From contig CAZCST010000009.1 of the NCBI GenBank assembly GCA_964501365.1, positions 45,977-109,976 of the forward strand: a DNA stretch of 64,000 nt, written 5' to 3'. The stretch is from an uncultured Phycisphaera sp. GTDB taxonomy: Bacteria; Planctomycetota; Phycisphaerae; UBA1845. The notes under the pieces were generated by a model. It searched no databases. It worked only from the letters and a program-made list of their open reading frames with translations, and was not told the origin of the DNA. Position numbers and translations under genes: made by a program. Shown here piece by piece: positions 28,021-39,036 of this stretch (positions are counted from its first letter, which is position 1; each line of letters opens with the position of its first letter).

Positions 28021-30090
28021 ATGGTACGTGCATCCGACATCCTTTCGGTAGTCGATCAACACTTGAACCCCACGCGCTTTCGCGAGCAGCATTGGGAGGG
28101 CTCGTTTGAGGAGTACCTCGATCTGGTCGCGGCCAATCCGCGCATCGCCCGCAATGCCTTCCAGCGCATCTACGACATGATCAAACATTTCGGCGCCGAG
28201 CGCTACAGTTCCATGCGCGAAGATATGATGCGCTACAAGTTTTTCACCGACCCCATCGACAACGGGGCCGACTCCATTTATGGCCTCGACCGCCCGCTCA
28301 TGAACCTGGTGGACTTCTTCAAGTCCGCAGCTCATCAGTATGGAACCGAGCGACGCATTCTCCTGCTGCATGGACCCGTCGGCTCCAGCAAGAGCACCAT
28401 CGCCCGCCTGCTCAAGAAGGGGTTGGAGTATTACTCCAAGCTCGATCAGGGCGCGCTCTATACGTTCTCATGGCACGTTCAGGACGAAAACGGCAAGACG
28501 ATCGTCTATCCGTGTCCGATGCACGAAGAGCCTTTGAAACTGATTCCGCCCGAAGCGCGCCGCTCCGTGCTTGGCAAGATCAACGAAGACCTCGATGAGG
28601 CCTCGCAAATCAGGGTCGAAGGTGCACTTGACCCGTTTTGCCGCCGCATGTTCGACGACCTGCTCATTCGCTACGACGGCGACTGGCGTAAGGTCATGGA
28701 CCACGTCCGCGTCCGCCGCCTGATCCTCAGCGAAAAGGATCGCGTCGGCATTGGCACGTTCCAGCCCAAGGACGAAAAGAATCAGGACTCGACCGAGCTC
28801 ACCGGCGACATCAACTATCGCAAGATCGCCGAGTACGGCACGGATTCCGACCCGCGCGCTTTCAACTTCGACGGCGAGCTCAATATTGCCAACCGCGGCA
28901 TGATCGAATTCATCGAAGTGCTCAAGCTCGACGTGGCCTTCCTTTATGATCTGCTCGGCGCGTCGCAGGAGCACGTGATCAAACCCAAAAAATTCGCCCA
29001 GACGCATATCGATGAGGTCATCATAGGTCACACGAACGAGCCGGAATACAAAAAGCTTCAGAGCAACGAACTCATGGAAGCCTTCCGCGACCGCACCATC
29101 AAGATCGACGTTCCCTACAACATCAAGCTCGACGACGAGATCAAGATTTACGAGCGCGACTTCAACAAGGAGCGCATCCGCGGTATTCACATTGCTCCGC
29201 ATACCATCGAAACGGCGGCCATGTGGGCGGTGATGACCCGCCTCGACGAGCCCAAGAAGGCCGGCCTGACGCTCATGCAAAAGCTCAAGCTGTACAACGG
29301 AAAGAGCATCCCCAACTTCACCGAGGACTCCGTTCGAGAGCTGCACGACGAGGCCCCGCGCGAAGGCATGCAGGGCATCAGCCCGCGATACATTCAGGAC
29401 AAGCTGTCCAACGCTCTCGTTTCCGATCAGGCCATTCAGGAAAAGTGCATCAATCCGTTCATGGTGATGAACGAACTTGAGTCAGGTCTTTCGCACCACA
29501 GCCTGATCACCGACGAGGAAACCAAGAGCACGTACCGCGAGCTCCTGGCCCTGGTCCGCGAGGAATACGAAGACACGCTCAAGTCCGAAGTGCAGCGGGC
29601 CATTTCCGCCGATGAAGACGCCATCACCCGGCTCGCGTCCAACTACATCGAAAACGTCCGCGCCTACACCCAGCACGAAAAGGTGCGCAACAAGTACACC
29701 GGCAAGGACGAGTCGCCCGACGAACGACTGATGCGCTCCATCGAGGAGAAGATTGATATCCCCGAGTCGCGCAAGGACGATTTCCGTCAGGAAATCATGA
29801 ACTACATCGGCGCGCTCTCCCTCGATGGCAAGCGCTTCGAGTACCACACCAACGCCCGGTTGCACAAGGCCCTCGAACTCAAGCTGTTCGAAGACCAGCG
29901 CGACACCATCAAGCTCAAGAACGTGGTCTCCGGCGTCGTCGATGACGAAACCCAGGCCAAGATCGACGTCGTCAAGCAGCGCCTCATCAAATACTTCGGC
30001 TACAACGAAACCAGCGCGACTGACGTCCTCAACTACGTCGCCAGCATCTTCGCAAGAGGTGACACGAAGGAGGAGACAAAGAAGAAGTAA
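28021..30090 (+). CDS. yeaG: PrkA/YeaG family serine protein kinase / AAA+ ATPase
   Basis: [53 protein letters not shown]; GGAGG before ATG 28021. Confidence 0.95.
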   Translation: MVRASDILSVVDQHLNPTRFREQHWEGSFEEYLDLVAANPRIARNAFQRIYDMIKHFGAERYSSMREDMMRYKFFTDPIDNGADSIYGLDRPLMNLVDFFKSAAHQYGTERRILLLHGPVGSSKSTIARLLKKGLEYYSKLDQGALYTFSWHVQDENGKTIVYPCPMHEEPLKLIPPEARRSVLGKINEDLDEASQIRVEGALDPFCRRMFDDLLIRYDGDWRKVMDHVRVRRLILSEKDRVGIGTFQPKDEKNQDSTELTGDINYRKIAEYGTDSDPRAFNFDGELNIANRGMIEFIEVLKLDVAFLYDLLGASQEHVIKPKKFAQTHIDEVIIGHTNEPEYKKLQSNELMEAFRDRTIKIDVPYNIKLDDEIKIYERDFNKERIRGIHIAPHTIETAAMWAVMTRLDEPKKAGLTLMQKLKLYNGKSIPNFTEDSVRELHDEAPREGMQGISPRYIQDKLSNALVSDQAIQEKCINPFMVMNELESGLSHHSLITDEETKSTYRELLALVREEYEDTLKSEVQRAISADEDAITRLASNYIENVRAYTQHEKVRNKYTGKDESPDERLMRSIEEKIDIPESRKDDFRQEIMNYIGALSLDGKRFEYHTNARLHKALELKLFEDQRDTIKLKNVVSGVVDDETQAKIDVVKQRLIKYFGYNETSATDVLNYVASIFARGDTKEETKKK

Positions 30091-30158
30091 AAGATTGAAA
30101 TGAGAAGATAGAAGAGTGAAAAAGATTCTATCTTCTCTCTTCTAACTTCTCACTTTCC
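30091..30158. repeat. heptamer-repeat hairpin between yeaG and yeaH
   Basis: tgagaag-atagaag-agtgaaa arm vs ttctatc-ttctctc-ttctaac-ttctcac arm. Confidence 0.8.
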
Positions 30159-30161
30159 ATC

Positions 30162-31262
30162 ATGGGCCTTCAAATCGACAAAGACCACCAACGCTTCCGC
30201 CGGATCGTCAAGGGCAAAATCCGCGACGACCTGCGAAAGTTCCTGACGCGCGGCGAACTGCTCGGCCGCGAAGGCAAGAAGTACATCACCATCCCCGTCA
30301 AGGGCATCGAAATTCCACACTTCCGCTACGGCGATAACTCCGACGGCGGCGTCGGCAAGGGTGACGGCAAGCCCGGCGACCCGGTCAACGGCGACGGTGA
30401 AGGAATGGGCCCCGGCGGCGAACAGGAAGGCCAGCACCTCATGGAAGTCGAGGTCAGCCTCGACGAGCTCGCCGAAATCCTCGGCGAAGAGCTCAAGCTT
30501 CCGCGCATCAAGCCCAAGGGCAAACACCGCATCACCAGCGAACGCGACCGCTACAGCGGCATCCGCCAGTCGGGCCCGGAGTCGCTGCGCCACTTCAAGC
30601 GAACCTTTCGTCGCGCCCTCCGCCGTCAGATCATGTCGGGCCTCTACAACCCCGACTCCCCGCGCATCATCTTTGAGCGACGCGACAAAATGTACCGCAG
30701 TTGGAAGACCACCCTTAGCCCGCAATCCAACGCCGTCATCATTTACATGATGGACGTCTCCGGCTCGATGGGCGATGAGCAGAAAGAGCTCGTCCGTTTG
30801 GAAGCCTTCTGGATCGACGCGTGGCTACGCAAGAATTACCAAGGCATAGAAAGCCGCTACATCGTCCACGATGTCCGCGCCGGCGAAGTCGATCGCGAAA
30901 CCTTTTTCCGCGTCCGCGAGGACGGTGGCACGCGCATCAGCAGCGCCTTTCGCCTCGCCCGCGAACTCATCGAGCACAAATACGCGCCGACCGACTGGAA
31001 CATCTACCTGTTCCACTTCTCCGACGGCGACAATTCCAGCGAGTCCGACAGCCGAGAGTGTTGCACCATGCTCCGCGAACACCTGCTCCCCTCGCTCAAC
31101 ATGTTCGGCTATTGCCAGGTCGCCAGCGCCTACGGCAGCGGAAACTTCGTCAATGTCCTGCACGACAACCTCTCCGACGTTCCGTCCGTGGTCACCAGCC
31201 GCGTCAACACCAAGGACGACATCTACGACAGCATCCGCCTCTTTTTTGCAGCCGGGAGATAG
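30162..31262 (+). CDS. yeaH: DUF444/YeaH family vWA-like protein
   Basis: DHQRFRRIVKGKIR, MMDVSGSM, GGTRISSA, YLFHFSDGDN. Confidence 0.93.
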   Translation: MGLQIDKDHQRFRRIVKGKIRDDLRKFLTRGELLGREGKKYITIPVKGIEIPHFRYGDNSDGGVGKGDGKPGDPVNGDGEGMGPGGEQEGQHLMEVEVSLDELAEILGEELKLPRIKPKGKHRITSERDRYSGIRQSGPESLRHFKRTFRRALRRQIMSGLYNPDSPRIIFERRDKMYRSWKTTLSPQSNAVIIYMMDVSGSMGDEQKELVRLEAFWIDAWLRKNYQGIESRYIVHDVRAGEVDRETFFRVREDGGTRISSAFRLARELIEHKYAPTDWNIYLFHFSDGDNSSESDSRECCTMLREHLLPSLNMFGYCQVASAYGSGNFVNVLHDNLSDVPSVVTSRVNTKDDIYDSIRLFFAAGR

Positions 31263-31271
31263 CCGCCGACC

Positions 31272-32834
31272 ATGATCAGCAAGAATCTCAAACTCCCGGT
31301 GGAAATCGCAAGGCATGCGGAAAGCATCGCCGACCACGCACGACGTGAAGGCCTCGATTTCTACCCGACCATCTTCGAAATGCTCAGCGCCGAGCAGATG
31401 GCCCAGGTCGCGGCCTACGGCGGATTCCCCCAACGCTACCCGCACTGGCGGTTCGGCATGGAGTTCGAACGCCTCAGCAAGCAAAGCCGCTACGGCCTGT
31501 CGCGTATTTACGAAATGGTGATCAACACCAACCCGTGCTACGCCTATCTGCTCGTGGACAACATGATGGTGGACCACAAAACCGTCATCGCCCACGTCTA
31601 CGGCCACTGCGACTTCTTCAAGAACAACACCTGGTTTGGCCACACCGACCGCCGCATGATGGACGAGATGGCCAACCACGCCACGCGCGTCCGACGCTAC
31701 ATCGAAAAGTACGGCTACGAGCGCGTGGAAAGCCTCATCGACACGTGCCTTTCCATTGAGAACCTCATCGACCCGCATTCGGTCTTCATGCGCCGCGAGC
31801 CGCAATATCCTGTTGATCGCAAAATCGAGGAACAGGGCAGCGATACCACCGCGCGCTACCCGGCCAAGGGCTACATGGAGCGATACATTAATCCGCCCTC
31901 GCGCATGGCCAGGGACCGCGAATCGCAGCGCGTCGAAGACGCCAAGGCCAAGGACCGCTACCCCGCACGACCAATGCGCGACGTGATGCTCTTCCTGCTA
32001 CAGAACGCCCCCCTTCGCGACTGGGAGGCCGACATATTGGCCCTCATCCGCGAAGAGGCCTACTACTTTGCCCCCCAGGGCCAGACCAAAATCATGAACG
32101 AAGGCTGGGCCAGCTACTGGCACTCCACGCTCATGACCAACTATATCCTCAGCGACCACGAGCTCATCGACTACTGCGAGCACCACAGCGGCACGCTCGC
32201 CACCTCACCGGGACGACTCAACCCCTACAAAATGGGAATCGAACTCTTCCGGGACATCGAACGCCGCTGGAACACGGGTCGCTATGGCCCCGCCTACGAC
32301 TCCTGCGACGACATGGCCGTCCGCCGCGAATGGGGCAAGGAAAAAATGCCCAAAGGCCGCGTCGTAGGCCGCGCCTCGCCGGGCCGAGAAAAAATCTACC
32401 AGGTCCGCGCCCTTTACAACGACGTAACTTTCCTCGACGAATTCCTCACGCCGGAGTTCGTAGACGAGCAGGACCTCTATCACTACCGCCAGGACCCGGC
32501 CACGGGAAAAATGGTCGTCGTCACCCGCGACTTCGACAAGATCAAGCAGCAGCTACTTTTCATGCTCACCAACCACGCCCAGCCTTATATCTACGTCATG
32601 GACGGCAACTACCGGAACCGCGGCGAGCTCTACCTCGGTCACAGCCACACCGGGGCCGATATCGAAATCAAGTACGGCGTCGAAACGCTCAAGCAGATGC
32701 ACAAGCTCTGGAAGCGCCCGGTTCACCTCGCCGCCCGCATCGACGACGAACCGATCCTCTTCTCCTTCGACGGAGAACAATCCACCCAGCAGCACATCGA
32801 CGACTCCATGACCGCCCCGGCCAATCAATTTTAG
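31272..32834 (+). CDS. spoVR: SpoVR/YcgB family protein
   Basis: YGGFPQRYPHWRFG, IYEMVINTNPCYAYL, AHVYGHCDFFKNN, TKIMNEGWASYWH. Confidence 0.95.
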   Translation: MISKNLKLPVEIARHAESIADHARREGLDFYPTIFEMLSAEQMAQVAAYGGFPQRYPHWRFGMEFERLSKQSRYGLSRIYEMVINTNPCYAYLLVDNMMVDHKTVIAHVYGHCDFFKNNTWFGHTDRRMMDEMANHATRVRRYIEKYGYERVESLIDTCLSIENLIDPHSVFMRREPQYPVDRKIEEQGSDTTARYPAKGYMERYINPPSRMARDRESQRVEDAKAKDRYPARPMRDVMLFLLQNAPLRDWEADILALIREEAYYFAPQGQTKIMNEGWASYWHSTLMTNYILSDHELIDYCEHHSGTLATSPGRLNPYKMGIELFRDIERRWNTGRYGPAYDSCDDMAVRREWGKEKMPKGRVVGRASPGREKIYQVRALYNDVTFLDEFLTPEFVDEQDLYHYRQDPATGKMVVVTRDFDKIKQQLLFMLTNHAQPYIYVMDGNYRNRGELYLGHSHTGADIEIKYGVETLKQMHKLWKRPVHLAARIDDEPILFSFDGEQSTQQHIDDSMTAPANQF

Positions 32835-32968
32835 ATCAGTCGGGTAAGGCGCATCGCCGGTTGATGTACAACCCTCGTCGAGCGACGGCGATCGTACCAA
32901 CGGCGGAAATGTGGACACGGGTTGCATGCCCGGTCATCCAAACGGCAAGCAGGAACGATGATTTGTAG

Positions 32969-35218
32969 CTACTGATCCGGCTTCGGGGCCAATTGTTTCG
33001 AAAGGTCTGCCGGGGTTTGCACGGGAGTCTGGCAACGGAAATTTTCGCAGACATAGGCCGCCGCCTTGCCATTGATGCGCCCTTTGCCGGTGAGCAGGGG
33101 AATTCGCTCGTCGGTAACCTTGTCAGGCGAGAATACGATCACTTTGTTAGGTAGATACACACTCCAGACGGTGCGGAGCAAGGCGTGAGTTAGCTCGTAA
33201 CCGGCGTTCGACTTGGTTCGTGAGTCCTCACCCTCACCCCGGCCCTCTCCCTGGAAGGGAGAGGGGGTCATGTCGCCGACGATGGCGATCTCCTTGACCG
33301 TGTCATGGTAGAAATCGGACGCGCACATCAGGCGCTCGTATGCGCCGGGCGAATCGACGGCCTTCGGGCCAAAGGCGCGGAAAATCGTTTCCGCCTTTTC
33401 ACGGAAGTCCTTGCGTCCCAGCAGGATTGCCAGGCGTTGAAGGTTGAGCGCGTGGACGGAATTGCCTGAGGGAATCGCACTGTCCTGCGGCTGCTTGGAG
33501 CGCACCAGCAATTTTTCCCCGTCGCTGGCCGTGTAAAAGAACGCCCCGTCCCTGTCGTCGAAATAATACCGAATCGTGATGTCCGTGAGCCGCTCGGCCT
33601 CGTCGAGCCAACGGCGCTCGAAGGTGGCCTCGTAAAGATTCAGCAAGCCTTCGATCAGGAACGAATAGTCGCTGAGCGTGGCCGTCAGCCGAGCCTCTCC
33701 CGCACGACAGGTGCGCAGCAACCTTCCGTCTTTCTGCATTCTTGTGAGTATGAAATCGGCAGCCTGCGCAGCTGCTCTTGCGTATTTCGGCTCATCGAGA
33801 ACTGCCGCGCCCTTCGCGAGGCTCGCGATCATCAGCCCGTTCCAGTCGGTGAGAATCTTGTCATCGAGTGCCGGCGGGACGCGCTTGCCTCGCACTGCCC
33901 GCATTTTCTCGCGCCATGTCGACAGCTTTTTCGTGAACTCTTCAGGGTCGATTTTTTCAAGCTTGGCGAATACGTCGGGGGGCTTGGAGACGTGCAGGAT
34001 GTTCTTGGGGCCGGGCGGCGCGTGCCCCATGCGTTCGAACCAGTTGCCGCGATCAGTCACGTCGTAATACTTGCAAAACAGACGGCCGTCGTCCTCGCCG
34101 AGAATCGAAATCACTTCGGGCACGGTCCAGAGGTAGAATTTTCCTTCGAGCTTTTCGCTGTCCGCATCGCGGCTGGAGTAGAAGGCGCCCTCGGGCGAGC
34201 GGAGATCTTCGAGCACATAGTCAAAAATATCCCGCGCAACCGTTGCATATTCCGGCTTTTTCAGCGCGAGAAATCCATCGAGATAGATCGCGCTCACCAT
34301 GGCCTGGTCGTAGAGCATTTTCTCGAAGTGCGGGACGAGCCACTGCGTGTCCGTGCTGTAGCGGCAGATGCCACCGCCGATGTGATCGTAAATCCCGCCC
34401 CGGGCCATGTTATCGAGCGTCACGTCCACGGCCTGGGCCAGCTCGGCTTTTCCGGTTCGCCGATGCACGCGGAGCAAGAGGTCCATGGCCATGCTCGGCG
34501 GGAATTTGTTGCTGCCCCCGCCGCTCATGCCGCCCAAGGACGTGTCAAAGTAGCGGACGAGCGCCGCGGCCGTATCGTTGACCGCCTCCCGCGGAATGAC
34601 CCCCTCGGCGGCCGGCTTGCTTGCCGACCAGCGATTCAGGAAGTCCTGCGCTCCTGAGGCCCCCTTGAGAATTTCATCTCGCTGCTCCCGCCACATGCGG
34701 GCGATTTCCGTGAGCAGAGGAATAAAATGTTCTCTGGGAAAATACGTGCCTGCGTGAAAGGGAACACCCTGGGGCGTCAAGAAAACGCTCATCGGCCAGC
34801 CGCCCCCGCCAGTGGCTGCCTGCGTGTAGGCCATATACAGTTCGTCGATGTCGGGCCGCTCCTCGCGATCCACCTTGATGCTCACAAAGTTCGCGTTGAG
34901 CACGTCGGCCACGTCGTCCTGCTCGAAGCACTCGTGCTCCATGACGTGGCACCAGTGGCAGGCCGCATACCCGATGCTGAGGAAGATGGGCCTGTCCTCT
35001 GCCTTGGCTTTCGCGAATGCGTCTTCGCCCCATTCGTACCAGTCCACGGGATTGTGGGAATGTTGCAGCAGGTACGGACTTGTCGCCTTTGCGAGGCGAT
35101 TTGCCGGACGCTCTTTGGTTTGCATCTGATCCTTCATGCCTGAATCCTCCTGCGCCAGCGCCGGCAACGCGATCAAAACAACGAGAGTGAAATACAATCG
35201 TAAGCGCATGAAGTGCAT
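32969..35218 (-). CDS. YyaL/DUF255 thioredoxin-domain + (alpha/alpha)6 glycosidase-like protein, signal peptide present
   Basis: [73 protein letters not shown]. Confidence 0.93.
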   Translation of the reverse strand: MHFMRLRLYFTLVVLIALPALAQEDSGMKDQMQTKERPANRLAKATSPYLLQHSHNPVDWYEWGEDAFAKAKAEDRPIFLSIGYAACHWCHVMEHECFEQDDVADVLNANFVSIKVDREERPDIDELYMAYTQAATGGGGWPMSVFLTPQGVPFHAGTYFPREHFIPLLTEIARMWREQRDEILKGASGAQDFLNRWSASKPAAEGVIPREAVNDTAAALVRYFDTSLGGMSGGGSNKFPPSMAMDLLLRVHRRTGKAELAQAVDVTLDNMARGGIYDHIGGGICRYSTDTQWLVPHFEKMLYDQAMVSAIYLDGFLALKKPEYATVARDIFDYVLEDLRSPEGAFYSSRDADSEKLEGKFYLWTVPEVISILGEDDGRLFCKYYDVTDRGNWFERMGHAPPGPKNILHVSKPPDVFAKLEKIDPEEFTKKLSTWREKMRAVRGKRVPPALDDKILTDWNGLMIASLAKGAAVLDEPKYARAAAQAADFILTRMQKDGRLLRTCRAGEARLTATLSDYSFLIEGLLNLYEATFERRWLDEAERLTDITIRYYFDDRDGAFFYTASDGEKLLVRSKQPQDSAIPSGNSVHALNLQRLAILLGRKDFREKAETIFRAFGPKAVDSPGAYERLMCASDFYHDTVKEIAIVGDMTPSPFQGEGRGEGEDSRTKSNAGYELTHALLRTVWSVYLPNKVIVFSPDKVTDERIPLLTGKGRINGKAAAYVCENFRCQTPVQTPADLSKQLAPKPDQ
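33231..33267. repeat. CTCTCCC/GGGAGAG element translated antisense in frame inside the YyaL-family gene
   Basis: ccctcaccccggccctctccc-tggaa-gggagagggg; read as [13 protein letters not shown]. Confidence 0.85.
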
Positions 35219-35527
35219 TGTAGGGGAACCGCGATCGAATGGCCTGCGAAGGGTCTGGATGGGTATGCAAGCGGGAATAAGTGAAATCTGTGGTCATCTT
35301 GTCTGACTTGAATCCCGGTTCGTTTGGAAAAATTCTGTGTTCGCGTTGTGGTTGGTATATGTTCGGGTACTACCTGTAGTGGTTCGAAATCGCCATGCGG
35401 CGGATAGGTGCAAGGCTGGGCGGTATTTGTGCATCACCCTTCATAACATGCGGGGCGCGCGCAGATTTTTGGGGATTTGCGATCAGCGTGGTTTGATGAA
35501 TAGTTGGCCCCATGCGTGCGGAGCGAT

Positions 35528-35927
35528 GGTGCATCACACGGGGATGCACCCTACCCGAATGTGAGAACTTTGGTTCCATCGTTGGAAGCCCGCTGAAGCG
35601 GGCTAAGACGGTGGCAGAGGACCGGTTGGGAAACCAGACCTAAAGGTCTGGCCTAAGCCGCTTCGCGGGCAAGCCCCGTAAACGGGGCTGTTGGATCTCC
35701 TGTCGATCGCGATGCGAGCAGGTCAAGACCAAACCACGCGGATTGGGTTGAATTAGAAATAACGGGATTCCTTCTCCCGGGTTGGATACGGCTCAACCCG
35801 GACCACCCAACCGAACAAATGGTTTTTCCTCCGCCCGCTTCGGGGCGGAGATGGTTATCGCGTCAACAACCACGGGTTCCGCTGCGCTTCACCCGTGGCT
35901 ACACACCTCGGCCCCGCATGGGGCCGA
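35528..35927. repeat. cluster of REP-like hairpins upstream of mutS
   Basis: GTAG-tagged hairpins at 35528-35554 and 35869-35902 (minus strand); 18-nt palindromes at 35587-35604, 35634-35651, 35672-35689; ccgggttg/caacccgg 35777-35801. Confidence 0.8.
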
Positions 35928-36032
35928 ACCGGCGCGAATCCATCAATTGTTGGGTTCGATACTCCTTAGAATTGAAGAGGGACACCTTCGCTGACATTTG
36001 GCCCCAAGCGGCCAGCGGACTACATTGGTTTC

Positions 36033-39017
36033 ATGGCCGCCACGCAAGTTGGGCTCAATCCTCCGCTCGATTCCCTCACGCCGGCCATGCGCCAATATGT
36101 GGAGCAAAAGAAGCGGGTTGGCGACGCAGTTCTGCTCTTTCGCATGGGGGACTTCTACGAAACGTTTTACGACGACGCGGTGCTGTGCTCGAGAGTGCTG
36201 GGGATTGCGCTCACGTCGCGGGACAAGAACTCCGCGAGCCCTGTGCCGCTTGCGGGGATTCCTTACCACGCGCTCGACGGCTACCTGAGCAAGCTGGTGG
36301 CGGCGGGGTACAAGGTCGCGATTTCCGAACAAATGGAGGACCCAAAGCAAGCCAAGGGCGTCGTGCGCCGCGATGTGGTCCGCATCGTCACGCCGGGCAC
36401 GCTTACGGAGGAAACGCTGCTGGCCGACCGCGACGACAACCTGCTGGCTGCGCTGTGTCTTCGCGGCGAGGAAGTGGGATTGGCGATTGTCGAGCTGGCG
36501 TGCGGGCGGCTTGAGACGATTGAATTAGAAAGACAACCAGGCAACGAGGCAAGAAGGCAACAAGGCGAGAGGCCAGCCCTCACCCCTGGCCCCTCTCCCG
36601 AGGGGAGAGGGGGAAAGGCGGACCCCCCTGAGTCCCCCCTTATGAAGGGGGGAGGCGGGGTCGCGCGAGCAGCGGAGGCAGCCAAGGCGGAAGCCTCCGG
36701 CGGCTCACTCCTGCTGGACACGCTGGTGCGGCTGCGTCCGGCGGAGTTGCTGATCGCGGAGGAGGCCGGAGCTGAGACGGAGCGGATTGCACAAGAGCTG
36801 CGAACCCTCTGCGGCACAGCGATCACGCATAGGCCTGTTCACGAGTTTTCGGAGTATCAAGCGCAGCGGACACTGCTGGAACATTTCGGCGTGGCGACGC
36901 TTGCGGGATTTGGATTTGATGAGCCGGACAATTCCCTTGTTGCGGCCGGTGGGATCATTCAATACCTGCAGGAAACGCAGAAGACTGCGCTCGGGCATGT
37001 GTCGGCCATCCGTCGCCGCAACGCGGCCCAAAGCGTGCAAATCGATCACAGCAGTTGGCGGTCGCTGGAGATCGACCGGACGCTGCGCGGGGGCCAGCGC
37101 GAGGGATCGCTGCTCCAGGCCATCGACCGCACCGTCAACGCGGCCGGCGCTCGAATGCTGCGTCATTGGTTGGCGGCCCCACTGACAGATGGGAACGCGA
37201 TACGCGAGCGGCAACAGGCCGTTGGCTTTCTCGTTGAGGAAGGCGCACTGCGCGAGCGAATCCGGCAGCGACTGAAGCACCTGGCCGATGTGGAGCGTAT
37301 CGCGGGGCGCGTCGCGCTGGGGCGGGCCTCACCTCGCGACCTTGAATCGCTGGGGCGGACGTTGGCGGCGTTGCCGGGATTGCTCGATTGCGAGCGGGCC
37401 AATGAAATTCTATTTCTCCATCAGATTAAAAAGACGCTCGGCGACAAGTGTGGTGAGCCGGCCAACGGCCCGCTTGCCGGCCCCTGGGATTTGGATTCGC
37501 CCTCACCCCGGCCCTCTCCCGAGGGGAGAGGGGGAAAAGCGGACCCCCCTGCGCCCCTCCTTGGCAAGGGGGGAGGCGGAGTCGCGGAACTTGCTTCGCT
37601 GCTTGGCTCGGCCATCCGCGAAAATCCTGCCGGCAACCTGCGCGAGGGAGGCTTCATCGCCGACGGGTATCATGCAGAACTCGACCGGCTGCGGGCCATC
37701 TCGCACGACGGACAGACGTGGCTGGCGGAGTATCAACGCAGGGAGATCGAACGCACGGGGATCGCCCACCTCAAGGCGGGATACAACCGCGTGTTCGGCT
37801 ACTACCTGGAAGTGCCACACTCTGGCACTGCGAAGGTTCCGGTGGATTACATTCGCAAACAGACGGTGAAGAACGCGGAACGCTATATCACCGAAACACT
37901 GAAGAACCACGAGCACGAAGTTCTCACCGCACAGGACCGGGCGAATCAACTGGAATTCGAGCTTTTCGAGGAGCTGCGAAAGAAGGTGGCGGCGTGGCTT
38001 GTTCCGCTGGGTCGAGTCGCGGAAGCGATCGCGCGGCTGGACTGTGCGGCCGCTCTGGCCGAGTTCGCGGAGGAGCGGCGCTGCGTCCGGCCGGAAATCG
38101 TGGACGACGGACGGCTGGAAATCATCGACGGGCGGCACCCCGTGCTCGATCAGGCCATTGGAGATGCGTTCGTGCCCAACGACACATGCATGATCGATGA
38201 TGCGCGCGTCTTTGTGATCACGGGTCCGAACATGGCGGGTAAGAGCACCTACATCCGGCAGGTCGCGTTGCTGACTATTTTGGCCCAAATCGGGGCGTTC
38301 GTGCCGGCACGGCGAATGACGTTTTCGCTGGTGGATCGAATCTTCGCGCGAGTCGGATCGTCGGACGAAATCATGCGGGGACAATCGACGTTTATGGTCG
38401 AAATGGTGGAAGCGGCGAACATTTTGCACAACGCCACGCGGAATTCGCTGGTAATCCTCGATGAACTGGGCCGCGGGACGAGCACGTTTGACGGGCTGTC
38501 GCTGGCCTGGGCGGTGACGGAGCATCTGGCGGAAAAGACGGCGTGTCGGACCCTGATCGCGACGCATTATCACGAGTTGATTGAACTGGGCGCGATGCTG
38601 AAGGGCGTTAGAAACTTCAATGTCGCGGTACGAGAAAATCGCGCCAAGACTGAAGATAGAAGAGTGAAGAGTGAAGGCGAATCGACCACTGCCGAGTCGT
38701 CCATCGCATTCCTGCATAAGATTGTTGAGGGTGGGGCGAACCAGAGTTTTGGCATCCACGTTGCGCGGCTGGCCGGAGTACCACGCAGTGTCGTCGATCG
38801 AAGCCGGGAAGTATTGGACCAGCTTCAGCGGCGGCTGGCGGGGACTGCGCATTCGCCCGCGGTGAGCGCGGTAAAGTCGAAGGACGTGGACCAGTTGGCC
38901 TTGTTCCGGGAGCCAGGGGAGGAATTGATGGAGGCGTTAAGGGAGTTGGATCCCGATCGCCTCACGCCTCTGGAGGCGCTCACGCGACTCAAAGATTTGA
39001 AAGATCGGTTTGGGTAG
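36033..39017 (+). CDS. mutS: DNA mismatch repair protein MutS with three repeat-derived insertions
   Basis: TPAMRQY, FRMGDFYETF, LAGIPYH, ITGPNMAGKSTYIRQ, GQSTFMVEM, LDELGRGTSTFDG, ATHYHEL, SFGIHVARLAGVP. Confidence 0.98.
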   Translation: MAATQVGLNPPLDSLTPAMRQYVEQKKRVGDAVLLFRMGDFYETFYDDAVLCSRVLGIALTSRDKNSASPVPLAGIPYHALDGYLSKLVAAGYKVAISEQMEDPKQAKGVVRRDVVRIVTPGTLTEETLLADRDDNLLAALCLRGEEVGLAIVELACGRLETIELERQPGNEARRQQGERPALTPGPSPEGRGGKADPPESPLMKGGGGVARAAEAAKAEASGGSLLLDTLVRLRPAELLIAEEAGAETERIAQELRTLCGTAITHRPVHEFSEYQAQRTLLEHFGVATLAGFGFDEPDNSLVAAGGIIQYLQETQKTALGHVSAIRRRNAAQSVQIDHSSWRSLEIDRTLRGGQREGSLLQAIDRTVNAAGARMLRHWLAAPLTDGNAIRERQQAVGFLVEEGALRERIRQRLKHLADVERIAGRVALGRASPRDLESLGRTLAALPGLLDCERANEILFLHQIKKTLGDKCGEPANGPLAGPWDLDSPSPRPSPEGRGGKADPPAPLLGKGGGGVAELASLLGSAIRENPAGNLREGGFIADGYHAELDRLRAISHDGQTWLAEYQRREIERTGIAHLKAGYNRVFGYYLEVPHSGTAKVPVDYIRKQTVKNAERYITETLKNHEHEVLTAQDRANQLEFELFEELRKKVAAWLVPLGRVAEAIARLDCAAALAEFAEERRCVRPEIVDDGRLEIIDGRHPVLDQAIGDAFVPNDTCMIDDARVFVITGPNMAGKSTYIRQVALLTILAQIGAFVPARRMTFSLVDRIFARVGSSDEIMRGQSTFMVEMVEAANILHNATRNSLVILDELGRGTSTFDGLSLAWAVTEHLAEKTACRTLIATHYHELIELGAMLKGVRNFNVAVRENRAKTEDRRVKSEGESTTAESSIAFLHKIVEGGANQSFGIHVARLAGVPRSVVDRSREVLDQLQRRLAGTAHSPAVSAVKSKDVDQLALFREPGEELMEALRELDPDRLTPLEALTRLKDLKDRFG
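36576..36666 (+). repeat. double-hairpin palindromic element, copy 1, in frame in mutS
   Basis: ccctctccc-ga-ggggagaggg plus ccccctt/aaggggg hairpin; preceded by octamer array 36534-36572. Confidence 0.88.
37499..37586 (+). repeat. double-hairpin palindromic element, copy 2, in frame in mutS
   Basis: near-identical to 36576-36666 (tctcccgaggggagagggggaaa.gcggacccccctg...aaggggggaggcgg.gtcgcg). Confidence 0.88.
38647..38676 (+). repeat. heptamer array in frame in MutS ATPase domain
   Basis: tgaagat-agaagag-tgaagag-tgaag; 17-nt identity with 30104-30120 and 16-nt identity with 41888-41903. Confidence 0.8.
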
Positions 39018-39036
39018 TTTTCGTTGGCCGATTTGT

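Noticed and set aside
35337-35994. Small ORFs in the YyaL-mutS spacer
   Set aside because: Their peptides (e.g. GRVHPRVMHH, RVPLRFTRGY) are translations of REP hairpins; no transposase motifs (HUH, DDE) are visible.
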